Under the pieces are notes generated by a model. That model saw nothing but the letters and a program-made list of their open reading frames with translations. It had not been told where the DNA came from and did not search any database. From Selaginella moellendorffii (Eukaryota; Plantae; Lycopodiophyta): a stretch of 64,000 nt of DNA. The stretch is taken from the NCBI RefSeq assembly GCF_000143415.4, contig NW_003314308.1, positions 62,001 through 126,000 of the forward strand, read 5' to 3'. A program made the translations under genes and the position numbers. Within the stretch, counting starts at the first letter, position 1. Every line of letters begins with the position of its first letter. Shown here one piece after another: positions 39,383-53,410 of this stretch.

Positions 39383-40538
39383 TGTCGCGAATGTGACTTC
39401 GGGTATCGAAAGTTACCTATCGACTAGTCCTTACGGACACTCTTACCTTACTGCCACGATGGCAGGAGGTCGGTATTGCTGGTTTCCTTTATTAGCCCCT
39501 CTTGTTCAAGTGTTAGTAAACTGGACTTTGCATCTATACTTGGCCGGATGAGCATAAGGAAGGAATTCCTAAGTGTCTATTTAGCTGAGCATACTTGGCC
39601 CGGCTTGTTAGTTCTCTTTTGCTTTGTCTTGCACTGGCTTAACAAGAACCCTTGCGTATTGAGATTGGTCCCTCAATATCGCTACATGATAGTTTACCGT
39701 GTCTGTCAAACACCCTCGCTATCATGCCCTTTGTGTTAGTCTCATTTTGGTCCCAAATGCTATTTATGGAAAGTGTCCAGATTTGCTCATTTGGCATATC
39801 TATGGAATGTAGATATCGTCCTGAACACAATGGTGTTCGTCCCATGTCCAAATTCGCAATCTAGGGGCATTCCATATTTAGTAAGTTTCGAGCTTGTCCC
39901 AGAAACTAACTCCTGATACTAAGGGAGGCTTGGGGTGAAAGCCCAAAGCGTGTGTTCCTCAAGGGGAGGGGGGGGGGGGGGCTGTGGGGGGTTCCAAATG
40001 TATAGTAGGGATAGTGGGTAGGTCGGGCATGGCCGACCAACCTGAGGCATAGTCTAGCTCCCGCTTGCGTGCCTGTCCTTGTTCTGCATCCGGCTTGGGT
40101 CTAAGCCCAAGTTCCTTTCCATGCTAGTTGGTGGAGTACCTATATCCTCACGTTAGGCCACCGGTATGCCGAAATAGCGCTAGACTCCGTTTGGCTCCGT
40201 TTTGCGTGCTGGTCCTGGCATTGGGATGCTGGTTGCTCCAGGACTGTTCCAAGTCGCTCCGGGCTCCTGTCCCTTCGCTCCTTGGGCTTTATGCTCAGGA
40301 GTTGCTCCGTGGTTCGGTTTCATCACTCCTTGGCTCCACGCTTGGGAGTTTGGCACCGTTCCTTCGTTCAGTGGCCCAAGGCCCTGAACCTCGGGTTCCT
40401 ATGGACACGTGGCATGGACACGTGCCATGTGACATGTGGCATCTGTCACGTGGCACAAAGAGGGTTTAGGTTCCGCTTCGTGGTGTTATCCTATGGTAAA
40501 TCACCATAGGATAAAGGGTCAAAACCACGTGCGCTACA
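39383..40538 (+). repeat. 5' LTR (1156 nt)
   Basis: Near-identical to 45536-46690. Confidence 0.95.
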
Positions 40539-43500
40539 TTTGGTATCAGAGAATGAGTCTCAGCGAGTACTATTCAATGAGATTGGGCAACTAGTCTCGT
40601 TGCATACGCAGAGATGAAAACAATGATCCGAGTGGGTACATGTTTGGTGTAAAGGGTTTGCAATTGTTCATTGGGTATGGATATGGTTACCTTTTGTACC
40701 TAATAATGTGAGCGTGCTCTTGGGCTCATAGGATGGATTTAAGATGCTTTGTTAGCACAAGTTTACACTTGGGCTCGTGTGTGAGGCACATTAGCAACTC
40801 GAGGTTACACTTTGAGTTGGCAGGATTAATGTTAGCTTATCAGTGGTTCCATGAGTTGTTCCATGTACCGTGGGTGAAAGAAAACCTTCCCTGAGTTTGC
40901 TATGAGTGGCAAATAGGCTGGTCTATAGCTTTTTAGCATGGTACTAGTGGATCCTTCCTAGGCATGATTACAAGTGGATTAATCAAGACTATAGGGATTA
41001 GTCTATTGGTTCAAGTAGTCATTGCCATGCTCTCTCATAAACTTTTCTTGGATTGGACAGAAGGCAGTGCGAACGCAAGCTTGAGGTTTAGTCAAAGATG
41101 AGACCGAAAAGAGAGTCATCGGGGACGAAGAGTCAAACACATAAATCGTCTTCTCTTCTTAGAGAGATGGTTTGCAACGAGGTGTGACTCATTGCTCGTG
41201 TTCATAGTATGCAATCAAGAGTCCCTACCTTGATGCATGTTGGAAATGATAGTCTTACAAATGGTGAGTTATGGGATGGATAGCGGTGAAGCGCTATACC
41301 ATTTTGTCTAGGCTTGCTATTGAAAGATTTGGGTTGCAATGTTCAATTCTTTTCCGGGGAACCTTGCTATTGTTCCTTGAGTAGCTTGGTGTTGGATTAG
41401 TTTTGAGTTTGGTCGGAAAAAGAGTGGCATGTGCTTATCCATGTTGTGAACAAAAGTTAGTGGTGTTGGGTGTTGTAAATCTCTATTGGTGGAGTGTGGC
41501 ATTTATGTTGCATTTTGTCGAATTGAGTTGGCACTTGATACTCACATAAACCTTTGAAGTAATGACATTGGCATTGCTCGTGGTGTTGCTCAATTGATGA
41601 TCAAGTCATTGTGATACTTACATCATATCCATGTGATAGTGAGCAATGTGTTTACGAAGTTACTTGGTTAAATGATGATCAACCCCAAAGTGGTTGATGG
41701 TGGGGCTAGTCTACTTGCACGAAGTAACATTGTAGTAACTTTGACTGGATTCTCAATGGTGGTCCATTATGCTAAATTTAAGTTAATTCCTTGTTCCTTG
41801 AGGATTTTCCCGTAAGGTGTTGGAAAAGGGTTATAGCATTCATTTGCTATGGCTTGTTGGTTTATCCGTTAACACTTGGAGTAAATTGTTGGATGGAAAA
41901 GGTGTGTAGTTAAAGTATTGATATCGCTAACACTTGTGTTAGTGGAAGTGGCATTGTTGATTCGAGTGATGAGGAATTTTCCTTAGAGCTTGATTTTTCA
42001 TGTCATTTTTCTTGTTAGTGTTTTAGCTTCACATTGGATCTTGAAGGTGGTTGAAGAAGAGTGTTAGTGCAATGTGGATATTTGAAGATGTGGTCTTTGT
42101 GATCAAGCCTTGGATATTCCATTTGCATTTTTACGGATATCGATGTTGGATGTCGAAAGTATGGGCAAAAAGATGTTCGAGACTTAAGCATACTATGGGT
42201 CATGAGAATTTATGTTGAGGTGAACCTATGTGAAGTTGTTAGTAGGAGGAAGTTGGTTGAGTCTTGAAAGTTTGTATTCCTGGACTAAGAGTCATCCTTT
42301 CTCTAGGATGGAAAATTTTTTTTTCCACAAATTTTCTTAGACTTTTCCAATGGTTGATCTGTTGATCACTTTGTCCGAAAACCATTCTATTTTCATAAGC
42401 CAATACAAACTAGTGAAGGGGTTAGAGTTGACTTCGGTTAGCTTAGACCTTAGTAGGTAGTTTGTATGATGCGACCCGAAAGGGATGCTAACTTTTGGGG
42501 CTAAGGCAATTGAGTTGGATAGAGTCTGGAGTTAGTGTAGAAAAGTGGCCGTTGCACTTTTCTAGAAAGGTAACCCTTGTGCCTTTCTTTTGTAGCGTTA
42601 TGCTTGGTGGCAAGTTGCACTTTGCATTTCGTTAGACTCTATGAGAGTAGTGAGCTCTCACTGATCTTGACTTGGTCTTGGTGGCTTTGTGCCTTGGCTG
42701 AGGATGGTGATGTCCAACTTAGTTGTTTGCAAGTTGAAATGTTGGTACCCGTACTATAGCTTTGTCTATGAGGAGGTTGTGTACCGATATGAGTCCATCT
42801 CATGGTCTTCACTTTAGTTTCGACTGAGTGTTGATCATGTATAGCTAGCCTCTTCAAGGCATGCTCAGAGCTATTGGCTAAGCGCATTGGTGAGCTTATT
42901 GCGGTTGAGTTGGATTCGAGTGGTCATTTAGTTTGTGCTTCTCCATAACCTTATCTTAGTCTGGGATATTATGTTCATGTTGGTCAAGTATATGACTCGA
43001 TGACAAGAGTTTAGTGTTTGGGTCTTGTGAAGGCGAGTTGAAGGGTGATTGTTGGTTGGTTTGCGACTAATGATCGCTTGTAGAGTTTGTCAAGGACTGT
43101 TAACACTTGTTTCACTCGATGATGATTTAGCAGTGATGGGTTTGCTTTACCGGATGGTGTTGCGGAGGATCGTGTTGTTAAACTTACATGGGTTTTCCAT
43201 GTTGGCATGTAAACTCTACTTCTGTCGATGTCATTTGGTTGCATTTAGTCCGTGGTGTTAGATTTCATTGAGTCTTGGATGTGGTGATTCACTCCTTGAG
43301 GAAGTGTTATCTGTACTTGAGTAATGTTGAAGGTTTAGTCTTGGATACTAAGTATAGTATCTTTGACTTTGGTTAACTTGGTTGCTAGAGAGCTTTGAGT
43401 GGTGATTCACTCTTGCTTTCTTTTAGCTTTGTTCTAGTGTTGATGGCATTGACGTGATGTTTTGTCGTTGACATTGTTGATGTTGAGATTCGAGTGAGAT

Positions 43501-45535
43501 AAGGTGTCTGTCCGTAGGATTGACATTGAGTTTCATTAATCTCGATGCAAATAGTGTTGATGATTTGGCTATAGCTTTGTGTTATTAGCATTCGTGCATT
43601 TGTTAGTTAGCAACTGTGTTGACGTTCAAATGAACTGAGTGACAAGTTGAGTTAGTTGTGTTCTAGACGAGATTGTTTAGTAAGGGTTAAGCTTTGGCTT
43701 TTCCTTGAGAAGTGATTCAGTCATGGACTATGCTAACTCTACAAGCAGAAGAGTTAGTGATTGATATTAGAATGTTTAAATCCTTATTGGATTTGAGTTG
43801 GAATATATCGATCATTAATGATTCTTCTTGTGCTTGTTATGAAGTGAGTTATGTCTTGCTATAGATGGATTCATGGAGGATCATTTGGTGATCACTTGTT
43901 GAGCATAACTTCGTTATGCTTAGCTTTTGGATTGATGCAGTTATGCTCTTCATTAGCTTTGCATTCTGAAGTTTAGCTTATGGATGTGTTGAGGAGGATA
44001 TTATGGATTATACCATAATTTTCTTCTTAGCATTGAAGTTAGTCCATGCGAGACTCGTGATCATTATTAGGCAAGACTTGGCTATAAACTTCTTCGAGCT
44101 TTTGGTTATTTGAGTTTTCATGCTCATTGTTCCATTTGTTAGGAGTTGTTGGGGGAAGGCATTTTGGCTCATTAGCTTCGATGTTTACGTTAGTCTTTAC
44201 ATCTAACAATCATTGGTGATGATTGACTATCATCTAAGATAATTGATTATCCTTGTCAAGGGTTTTGCTTGATTGTTGTTGGTATAGAATGATTCGCTAT
44301 TCTTCGGGGTAGTCGGGGTAGTGGATTCTTTCTTAGACGATGATTATGCATCTCTTTATTGATGGGATGATTAATGATCTTTCATGATGGTTAGTTATTT
44401 TCTTTGATAGCTTATGCCTTTTTGCAATACCACATGTTGTTTGTGGTTTGCTCTAGATTGGTCTCTTGGGTTTGAGACATCAGTAGGATGTTGCTAACAC
44501 TTGATTAGACAATTTGAGTTCTTTAGTATTGTTGGCTGGGATCTATTTGGATTGGCTTTTGTGATAGTTGGCAGGAATGAGTGTTTGTTGGTCTTACCGC
44601 ATTCATTCTCTTCTGTTGATTGTTGCTTGAGTTAATTTTGATAAATTTGGATGTTCTTTCCTTTGGGTAATACATTCGCGAGCATTTTACTTGTCAGTCA
44701 ATGATACTTTGTGTTCTTTGAGTTATCTTTTGTAAGTTGTTTGGCATTCTGTCTGCAATCTTTAATAGTTAAACTTTATCATTGAGTTTACTTGATGATA
44801 TACTTGCTATTGAATTTTGTTTGATGGTGAATCCTATGTTTACCAATTATTATGATCTTGGTGGTTCCTGCACTATTATACTGGTTTATCGGATGATAAC
44901 TTGCTTGGAATACTTTTGTGTTCTAATCTAAGATCTATTCACTGATAATTAAGTCTCTAAGATATAATTGTTTATGACTTTGATATTGTCCATCTATTGA
45001 TCTTTGAGTTTGGGCCAGTATAGGCAGACTGGCTTCGGCACTTCGTGTGCATGGTGAAATCTCTAGTCATGGGGTAGCTACTGTCGACTGGTCACATAAC
45101 CCGCCTCTCTGTCAATGTTCCTTATTCCGTTAAAAGGGCGTGATCGTGTAAACAACTCTAACTGCCTGTTTACAGTAGTCTATCTAAACCTTACCGCCGG
45201 GTTTGGTTTCTTTGCTTAGGAGGGTTGGGGCCTTTGGCTTCTCTCTCTATGTTCCTGCGGGCAGGGGCATATCACACTTTTGTAAGCTGGGTGACTCCCA
45301 GAGCAGCAAGGGTGGCTGACTCCATTGGTCATTTCCTTATCGGCGATGGCCGGAAGGTGTCTGAGCTAGTAGCGCATCCGTGTTAGACAAAGAGGTTGCC
45401 TCCTAACTCATTTAAGTTGGTGTATTTCTCACATAGTGTGAATACCGTGAACTTTTTCTGGAGTTGTTTCCTTGGCGGTATTCTAGACTCGAGTATGCAT
45501 CGACGAGGACGTCGATCTTCCCTAGGGGGGGAGAG

Positions 45536-46690
45536 TGTCGCGAATGTGACTTCGGGTATCGAAAGTTACCTATCGACTAGTCCTTACGGACACTCTTACC
45601 TTACTGCCACGATGGCAGAAGGTCGGTATTGCTGGTTCCCTTTATTAGCCCCTCTTGTTCAAGTGTTAGTAAACTGGACTTTGCATCTGTACTTGGTCGG
45701 ATGAGCATAAGGAAGGAATTCCTAAGTGTCTATTTAGCTGAGCATACTTGGCCCGGCTTGTTAGTTCTCTTTTGCTTTGTTTTGCACTGGCTTGACAAGA
45801 ACCCTCGCGTATTGAGATTGGTCCCTCAATATCGCTACATGATAGCTTACCGTGTCTGCCAAACACCCTCGCTATCATGCCCTTTGTGTTAGTCTCATTT
45901 TGGTCCAAATGCTATTTATGGAAAATGTCCAGATTTGCTCATTTGGCATATCTATGGAATGTAGAGATTGTCCTGAACACAATGGTGTTCATCCCGTGTC
46001 CAAATTTGCAATCTAGGGGCATTCCATATTTAGTAAGTTTCGAGCTTGTCCCAGAAACTAACTCCTGATACTAAGGGAGGCTTGGGGTGAAAGCCCAAAG
46101 CGTGTGTTCCTCAAGGGGAGGGGGGGGGGGGGGCTGTGGGGGGTTCCAAATGTATAGTAGGGATAGTGGGTAGGTCAAGCATGGCTGACCAACCTAAGGC
46201 ATAGTCTAGCTCCCGCTTGCGTGCCTGTCCTTGTTTTGCGTCCGGCTTGGGTCTAAGCCCAAGTTCCTTTCCATGCTAGTTGGTGGAGTACCCATATCCT
46301 CACGTTAGGCCACCGGTATGCCGAAATAGCGCCAAACTCCGTTTGGCTCCGTTTTGCGTGTTAGTCCTGGCATTGGGATGCTGGTTGCTCCAGGACTGTT
46401 CCAAGTCACTCCGGGCTCTTGTCCCTTCGCTCCTTGGGCTTTATGCTCAGGAGTTGCTCCGTGGTTCGGTTTCATCACTCCTTGGCTCCACGCTTGGGAG
46501 TTTGGCACCGTTCCTTCATTCAGTGGCCCAAGGCCCTGAACCTCGGGTTCCTATGGACACGTGGCATGGACATGTGGCATGTGACATGTGGCATCTGTCA
46601 TGTGGCACAAAGAGGGTTTAGGTTCCGCTTCGTGGTGTTATCCTATGGTAAATCACCATAGGATAAAGGGTCAAAACCACGTGCGCTACA
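45536..46690 (+). repeat. 3' LTR (1155 nt)
   Basis: Near-identical to 39383-40538. Confidence 0.95.
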
Positions 46691-46695
46691 TATAT

Positions 46696-48100
46696 GAATG
46701 GTTGAGTTGATCAAAGTGTTAATTCTTTTCGTATCTTTATTTCCTTGTATCTAAGTGTTTTGCTTTTCCCTAAAAGAAATTGCCCCAATTGTTGATTTAT
46801 AAATTATTGCCATACTACCTTGAGAGTTTTGCTTAAGAATCACTATAGAGCCTTCCCACACCTTCTATGTTATTGAACATTCTTACTCTATTTGCCACTT
46901 TATTGGGTCCTATTTTAGTTCATTTAGTATTTGTTATCAAAACCAATAGAGGTGGGCATATTATTTCTTTGGTATATGCAAGTCTACACTTGTCATCTTC
47001 TTCTTTATTTGAATAACATAGACTGGTTTGGCATGATGTAGATCTAGGAGTTCCTTATATACAGGGGTGACGATATTTTTATCTAACTTCCACCATTGTC
47101 AATCCAATGTCTCTAAGCATGATCTTTGAGTAAGGTGGAAGATTATCTGAAACTTATGCATTATGTATTCCGAGATGTTCAGACCATAGAAGGCTTTTAT
47201 TTGATCACAGTTATTGGCCATTTAGTTCTTGTAAGCAACTAAATTTTCCATATTATTTTAATCATTTAACCATGTCTTTAATCACTTGGAAAAGTCTCAC
47301 TCATAACCTTCATAGGTCTTTATTTGCCTTGGGGTACTTGCTTTCTCCTAGATGTGATCTCAAAATTATATCAACTTCACATTTAATCCTAGTGCTCCAG
47401 GTGTCCAATCTCACTTCTAATACCTAAAGGTACCATCGACATCTCAAGTTATTGCACTAAGGCTATATCCATTTGCTTTTATCTTATTGATAGTCCAAAA
47501 CCACTAATATCACAATCTCATTTTTTCAAGACTTGTCCATTAGTAGTCATCCTATGACTACACATTAGCATCGTTAGGATGCCCCAAGATATAAAAAACA
47601 CCATTCTTTAATACCCCTTATTTACCTACCAAGTCCTTTTTTGTCAATAGCAGTGCTTGCCAACACCACCATCAATTTAGGGTCTAAAGGCCCATCCACT
47701 AAGTTATAATAATTTCTTTTTAGGTTCACTTTTTATTCTTAACAACTAATGTTGGGGAAATTGTTGTTTTCATTAGGGATTATGTATAACTTCTAAATGC
47801 TACTAGTTGAGAGTTCTATATGCTTTATCGGTGCATTCATGGCTTGGGTCAATTTGCATTTTATAGGAAGATTGACTTTATCTTCTTTAATCTTCTCAAT
47901 AAAATGCCATCATTGCACAAGGATACTCCTCTATAAAGTTTAACACATTTCCCAAGCCTTACAGGTTGTGAGTAGTTTCATGATATACAAGGGCATAGTT
48001 GTCATAATCCTTCCCCACTCTCTAATATGGGAAGGCTTCTTGCACACTTGGCCGACAATAATGATAGATTTGTAGAGTTTTCATGCAATTACCTTCTTTT
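46696..48100 (-). mobile_element. old degenerate gypsy remnant (probable host of the LARD insertion)
   Basis: 47260-47710 resembles 50780-51210 directly and 63700-64000 in reverse complement. Confidence 0.6.
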
Positions 48101-48760
48101 GAGTATAGTGATGGACATAAAAAGTGCTAGTGAGTAGAAGTAAAAGGTGCATAACTTTTTTATTTACAAATTAACTCTTTTCTATTTATTTTTCCAAGTT
48201 TATTCCTAGAACTACCATACTCTATACCATATTAAGAACCACTGTAAAGCTATATAAGTTGATGAATGTGCTCCTCTTGCTTTATTAGGATACAATAGCT
48301 CTACAGATATCATCTTGAATGTGATTGATTCAGAAGTTCTTTACCCAGTGTTCCACACTATTTGGTTATGACCATGCAAATCTTATTGAAGTTATTCTGT
48401 CCTCCAAAAGAAATTGTGCTTAATGCTACAGTAAGATTCAAGGCGATGATATAGGTGGCAAAAGAGACAAGCTGAACTATTTTTACACTTAAGAAGGTGT
48501 GTGCCTTGGAAGTAGAAGAAGATTAAATATGTTTTGATTTTAATATTAATGATGTTATTTAATAGAATTTTTTTTTCTTTGTAGACTTTAAGATTAGTTA
48601 TTCCCAAACTTATAATTTATGTAAGCTTATAGAATACCTTAAACACCTAAATTCTAAGCTAAAAATCTTCGAACTAAACTAGTATTATTAGTTAGGGGAC
48701 TATATTGACTATTTTTTTACTTTTGTTGACTTTCATTAACTTGTCTATGCTAAAATAAAA

Positions 48761-49119
48761 NNNNNNNNNNNNNNNNNNNNNNNNNNNNNNNNNNNNNNNN
48801 NNNNNNNNNNNNNNNNNNNNNNNNNNNNNNNNNNNNNNNNNNNNNNNNNNNNNNNNNNNNNNNNNNNNNNNNNNNNNNNNNNNNNNNNNNNNNNNNNNNN
48901 NNNNNNNNNNNNNNNNNNNNNNNNNNNNNNNNNNNNNNNNNNNNNNNNNNNNNNNNNNNNNNNNNNNNNNNNNNNNNNNNNNNNNNNNNNNNNNNNNNNN
49001 NNNNNNNNNNNNNNNNNNNNNNNNNNNNNNNNNNNNNNNNNNNNNNNNNNNNNNNNNNNNNNNNNNNNNNNNNNNNNNNNNNNNNNNNNNNNNNNNNNNN
49101 NNNNNNNNNNNNNNNNNNN
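48761..49119. other. assembly gap (N run)
   Basis: Ns in sequence. Confidence 1.
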
Positions 49120-49129
49120 AGGATTCTCC

Positions 49130-51883
49130 AATCTTACTAGCATACTACTCGTCTTCTTAGAGGTCCCAAACTAGTGCTATCAAACCCAATAATATTTAAC
49201 CTCAAATATCCTAAAAATCTTAACCGATTGAAGAAGGATTATATTTGAACCTCAATGGATCGCCTCTCAAGTCATTCTCTTTAATTGTTTGCAATCCACT
49301 AAACTTCTCTACAAGTTCATACCCTTATTAATAGAAGCTGAGAGCTATAACTCTCCCAAAAGCCTCACTCTCTTAACACTCTTCCCCTCAAGTTGAGCTT
49401 AACTAGAGCGTACTAGATTGCTAGATGTCAATCTTAAAATGTGGTGTGATGCTTTTAGCCAACTAATAGAAAATATTATAAATTTTTTAACCAATTGGAA
49501 AAGAGGGTATATTTTTATTCATATGCCCTTTCTTTATATAAACATATTGTCTTTTAAATTGTTCTCTTTTGTTGCTTACACAATAGAACTCCCTATCTGA
49601 TGAACAACCTTGAAGTCATATATCTGAAGTTTCAAAGCCCACCTAATAATATAACTAACCAAGTTCTTCTACTTCAATAATGAAATATGATCACACTTTA
49701 GTAACATCTAAGAAGCATATAATTACATATGAAACTTCTTAAAACCCTAAACTGCTACTAGGCACTCCTTTTCTATTTAGGAGTAGTTTACCTCCATTAG
49801 TTGTAATATATAATTATTATACTTATTGAGATGGTACTATTCAAATCTTTAACACCTTTTTGAAATCTACAAATGCCCACCTATAGTCCTTAAAATAGAT
49901 GAAAGATAATGTGGACAACTTTAGTAACACTCATAATGGTGTAATATAATAAAAAATATGACTAAAAAAATGATCAAAATATTACACCTTGCCAAAGAAG
50001 TGTTGTGTATCATTCACACACTTCAAAGTAATGGATTTCAAAATAACTATAGGTTTGTTAAGATCAACTTGCAAACCTTTATAAGAATCTGGTACCTAAA
50101 GTAAATTGTATCTTTGAACTTAAAGACGCACTTTGACTGCTTTAGCTTCAAACTAACCAATCCAACACATTAAAGACATCATAGATATATTCCTCTTATA
50201 TCCTTTATGAGTGGATCAAAATATCATTGATGAAGTCGATAGTCACCTTTGGCATATTGTAAAGAATCTTGTCCATCATTCACTGAAAAATCTAAATGAT
50301 ATTACTAAGAACTTATATAAACCAAATAGTGTTTGAAAAGTGGTCTTGGGAACATCTTTCTTACCCATTAACACTTGATAATACCCAAAAGCAAGATTCA
50401 ATTTAATGAACTATTAACTTCACCAAAAGATTAGCTATGTGAGGAAGAAGGTACACATTCAAGATCATCACATCATTTAATAGATGATAATTGATGCAGA
50501 AATAAATACTCTTATTAGGTTTTATTATAAGATGACATTTACACACCCAAGAACTCTAAGATTTTCGGATAACACCTTTTTCCAATATATTTTATATATT
50601 TACTTGTAAGATCTTGATTTCCTTTGGTGACCAATGCTAAACAAGAATCAAATGAGCATCCTTAGTTAGAATATAATGATGCATTGCAATTTTAGCCCTA
50701 AATGGCAAGTTAAAATCGAAGAGATTAACATACTCTTGCTTGAGCCAATTATAAACATCTAAATTTTCCATTCTACTTTAGTCATTTAACCATGTCTTTA
50801 AAGGAGTCCCACTCATAACCTCTATAGATCCTCATCCGCCTTAGGATACTTGCTTACCCCCAAGTGTGATCTCAAAACCACATCAGCTTCACATTGAGTC
50901 ATAATGCTCCATGTGTCCAATTTCACTTCTGACACCTAAAGATACTACTAACATCTCAACTTGTTGCACTAAAACTATATCCATTTGCCTTTACCTCATT
51001 AGTAAACCAAGACCAGTCTTATCTCTTTGAGATTAGACCATCTATCCATGAGTGATTATTCCATGAACACACCTTAGCATTTTTTTAATGCCCTAAGACA
51101 TCAAAAGCACTATTCCCCAATATCCCTCTTTTTTTTCCCACTAAATCCCTCTTTATCCATAGTTAACACCACCATCAATGCAAGGTCCAAAAGCCCATCC
51201 ACTAAACCTTACTAATCTCTAGGACTTCCTAGCTTTGGACTCCTTAGTAATTATATTATCACCCACCATGTGGGTGTAACTTTCCTTGGTCAATTGGCAT
51301 TTTTTGGCTAAATTAGTTTTACTAAAGTCCTCCTTTTACTATCTCATAGGGACTCACCAAACCCTTTAGGGTTTGGGAGATGATCATGTTGGGCTTTCAT
51401 CCTTAAACTTGGACTCAGACTTAAACTTGAACTCAGACATGGTTTTGAATTTAGTCTTGCTTTCAGTTTTAGTTTTGGTCTCAACCTCTGGTTTGGGTCG
51501 GTCTCAGTCTTGGATCCAGTCTCAAACTCTATCTCAAATTCCATTTCAGACTCCATTTCAGACTGCATCTTAGATTTAGACTCTTTCTTGGACTCTTTAT
51601 CAAACTCCATATTAGGCTTTATGTTAGGTCTAGTCTTGACACTTTTGCATGTCACAACACTTGCCATATGTTGGTAATTCTTTTGTCCCCTTTTCAAGAC
51701 TCACTTCTCAATTGCTTCATGCTTATTCCTTGAGCACTTCTTTAGGAATTCTACTTTTGCTTTCAACTTTCTGAGTCAAAACCTTTAGTCCAAATATATT
51801 ATGCTCATTGGGCTTCTACTTTAACCATTACCACATGGCATATGTTGGGCTCCACTTTGGGACTTAGGGATTTATATTTCACA
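49130..51883 (-). mobile_element. degenerate Ty3/gypsy element with eroded LTR
   Basis: RT remnant DVPKTTFQTLFGLYKFLVISF at ~50300-50355. The boundary tgtgaaatataaatccctaagtcccaaagtggagc (reverse complement, ending 51883) matches the element starting at 62470. Confidence 0.7.
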
Positions 51884-53410
51884 GCAATCAACTATTATAG
51901 CATAAAATGATTTAAAAAGGGAATAAAATAATGTATAGTAGAAAGTAATAGGGAGATAAAAGTGATGGAAGTAGAGGTTAAAACAAAAGGACGAAATAAA
52001 AATATAAGTGATAGGAATATAAGAGATATAAGAGAGTATGAGACAAAAGGGAAAAACCTTAAAGTCACACTTAACATAATTAAGTTTAACCAATCCATAC
52101 TAAAAATGAAGTCAAAAATTTGATTCAGTACCATCTGCAACGATTGGAATTAAAGCTCAAGATCACCCTATATATAACTAAGTCTACCTCATCCTGCACA
52201 CATGTATATTTACAGTTGTTACCATAAAGAATGAAGACTAATTATGCCACATATAACACAAATATAAATAACAATATATGGCAACAAGTTAAGCTATAGA
52301 CAATAAACTTGAACCCATATCAATCAAAAGCATATAGCAATTTAATTTGCTCCAGCTAGGCTCGACTTGAGGGGTAGAGTGTCAAAAGTATGACTCTTGA
52401 GAGAATTACACCTCTTAATTTTCATTCACGAGGATATAGACTTGTAGAGAAGTGTGATGGATTGTAAGCAACTAAAGAGAATAATTCCAAAGACAATCCA
52501 TAAAGGTTCAAATATAAAAGGAAATGAGCCATAAATAAAAATGCATCTTTTCTAATTAGTTAAAAGTTTTATGAGTTTGAATAGTGCTAGGATGGATGAC
52601 TTCTCAAGAAGTCCAAAGTTAAGAATATATACAAATCCATCAATGTCTACATTTTCCTCTAAATCCCAACCTATAAACAAAAAACTTTAATTATCTTACA
52701 TCCTTAGTATAAAGGGATTTTGATAGGCAGAAGATTTGTTACAATTTAGACTATTCTCTTATATATAAGCTAGGGGTTTTTGGCTAATACAATGTACACT
52801 TATTATGTTGATATAATAAATTTATTCTAAAAAAATTTAATAAAGGTATAATAAATAAATTAAATATCTTAAATAATATTTTAAAATATCTAGTAATTGT
52901 AAAAGAAATTCTTGTTGGTATTTTTATTGTTTCTACATATATTTAAATATGTATCAATACATATATCTAGTTATTTATAGTGGTTTAAAGAGTGAATTTG
53001 ATATAAAAAATTAAACTTATTATAATTTTATTTTATTTTATTTATAAATTTTTAAATAAATTCAAGATTAAATTTAAAGGAAAATTATATTTTAATAAAT
53101 AATCAATAAAATAGTAAATATTCCTTATAAAGAATAGTTTGATAAGAACAATAAGAATAATATAGCTTATTCATTTAAAATTATTAAGAATATTATATCT
53201 TAAAAAAAAAGAATAAGCAGAATATATATTTTATATTTTTATTCATTTTTATCCTAATTTGTTTTTAAAAATATAAAATAAATATAAAAAATTATTTAGT
53301 TTTAAACTGTTTATATATTAAATAATATATATTTAAATTATGTATATAATATTATTATATTTTATCTATATAAAGATAAATAATAAAACTTCAATTTAAG
53401 TAATTTAGTA

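Larger units (their letters stand above)
39383..46690 (+). mobile_element. structurally complete but non-coding LTR retrotransposon (LARD-like)
   Basis: TG...CA LTRs at 39383-40538 and 45536-46690, TATAT target-site duplication on both sides, tRNA-iMet PBS TGGTATCAGAG at 40541-40551 and PPT AGGGGGGGAGAG at 45524-45535. No gag/pol ORF is present inside. Confidence 0.95.

Noticed and set aside
39905-39960. Hammerhead ribozyme (retrozyme) in the LTR
   Set aside because: CTGATAC does not fit the CUGANGA core, and the GAAA sits in a simple hairpin loop.
39476-46661. Duplicated 60-113 aa ORFs within the LTRs
   Set aside because: Duplicated only because the LTRs are; no coding signature.
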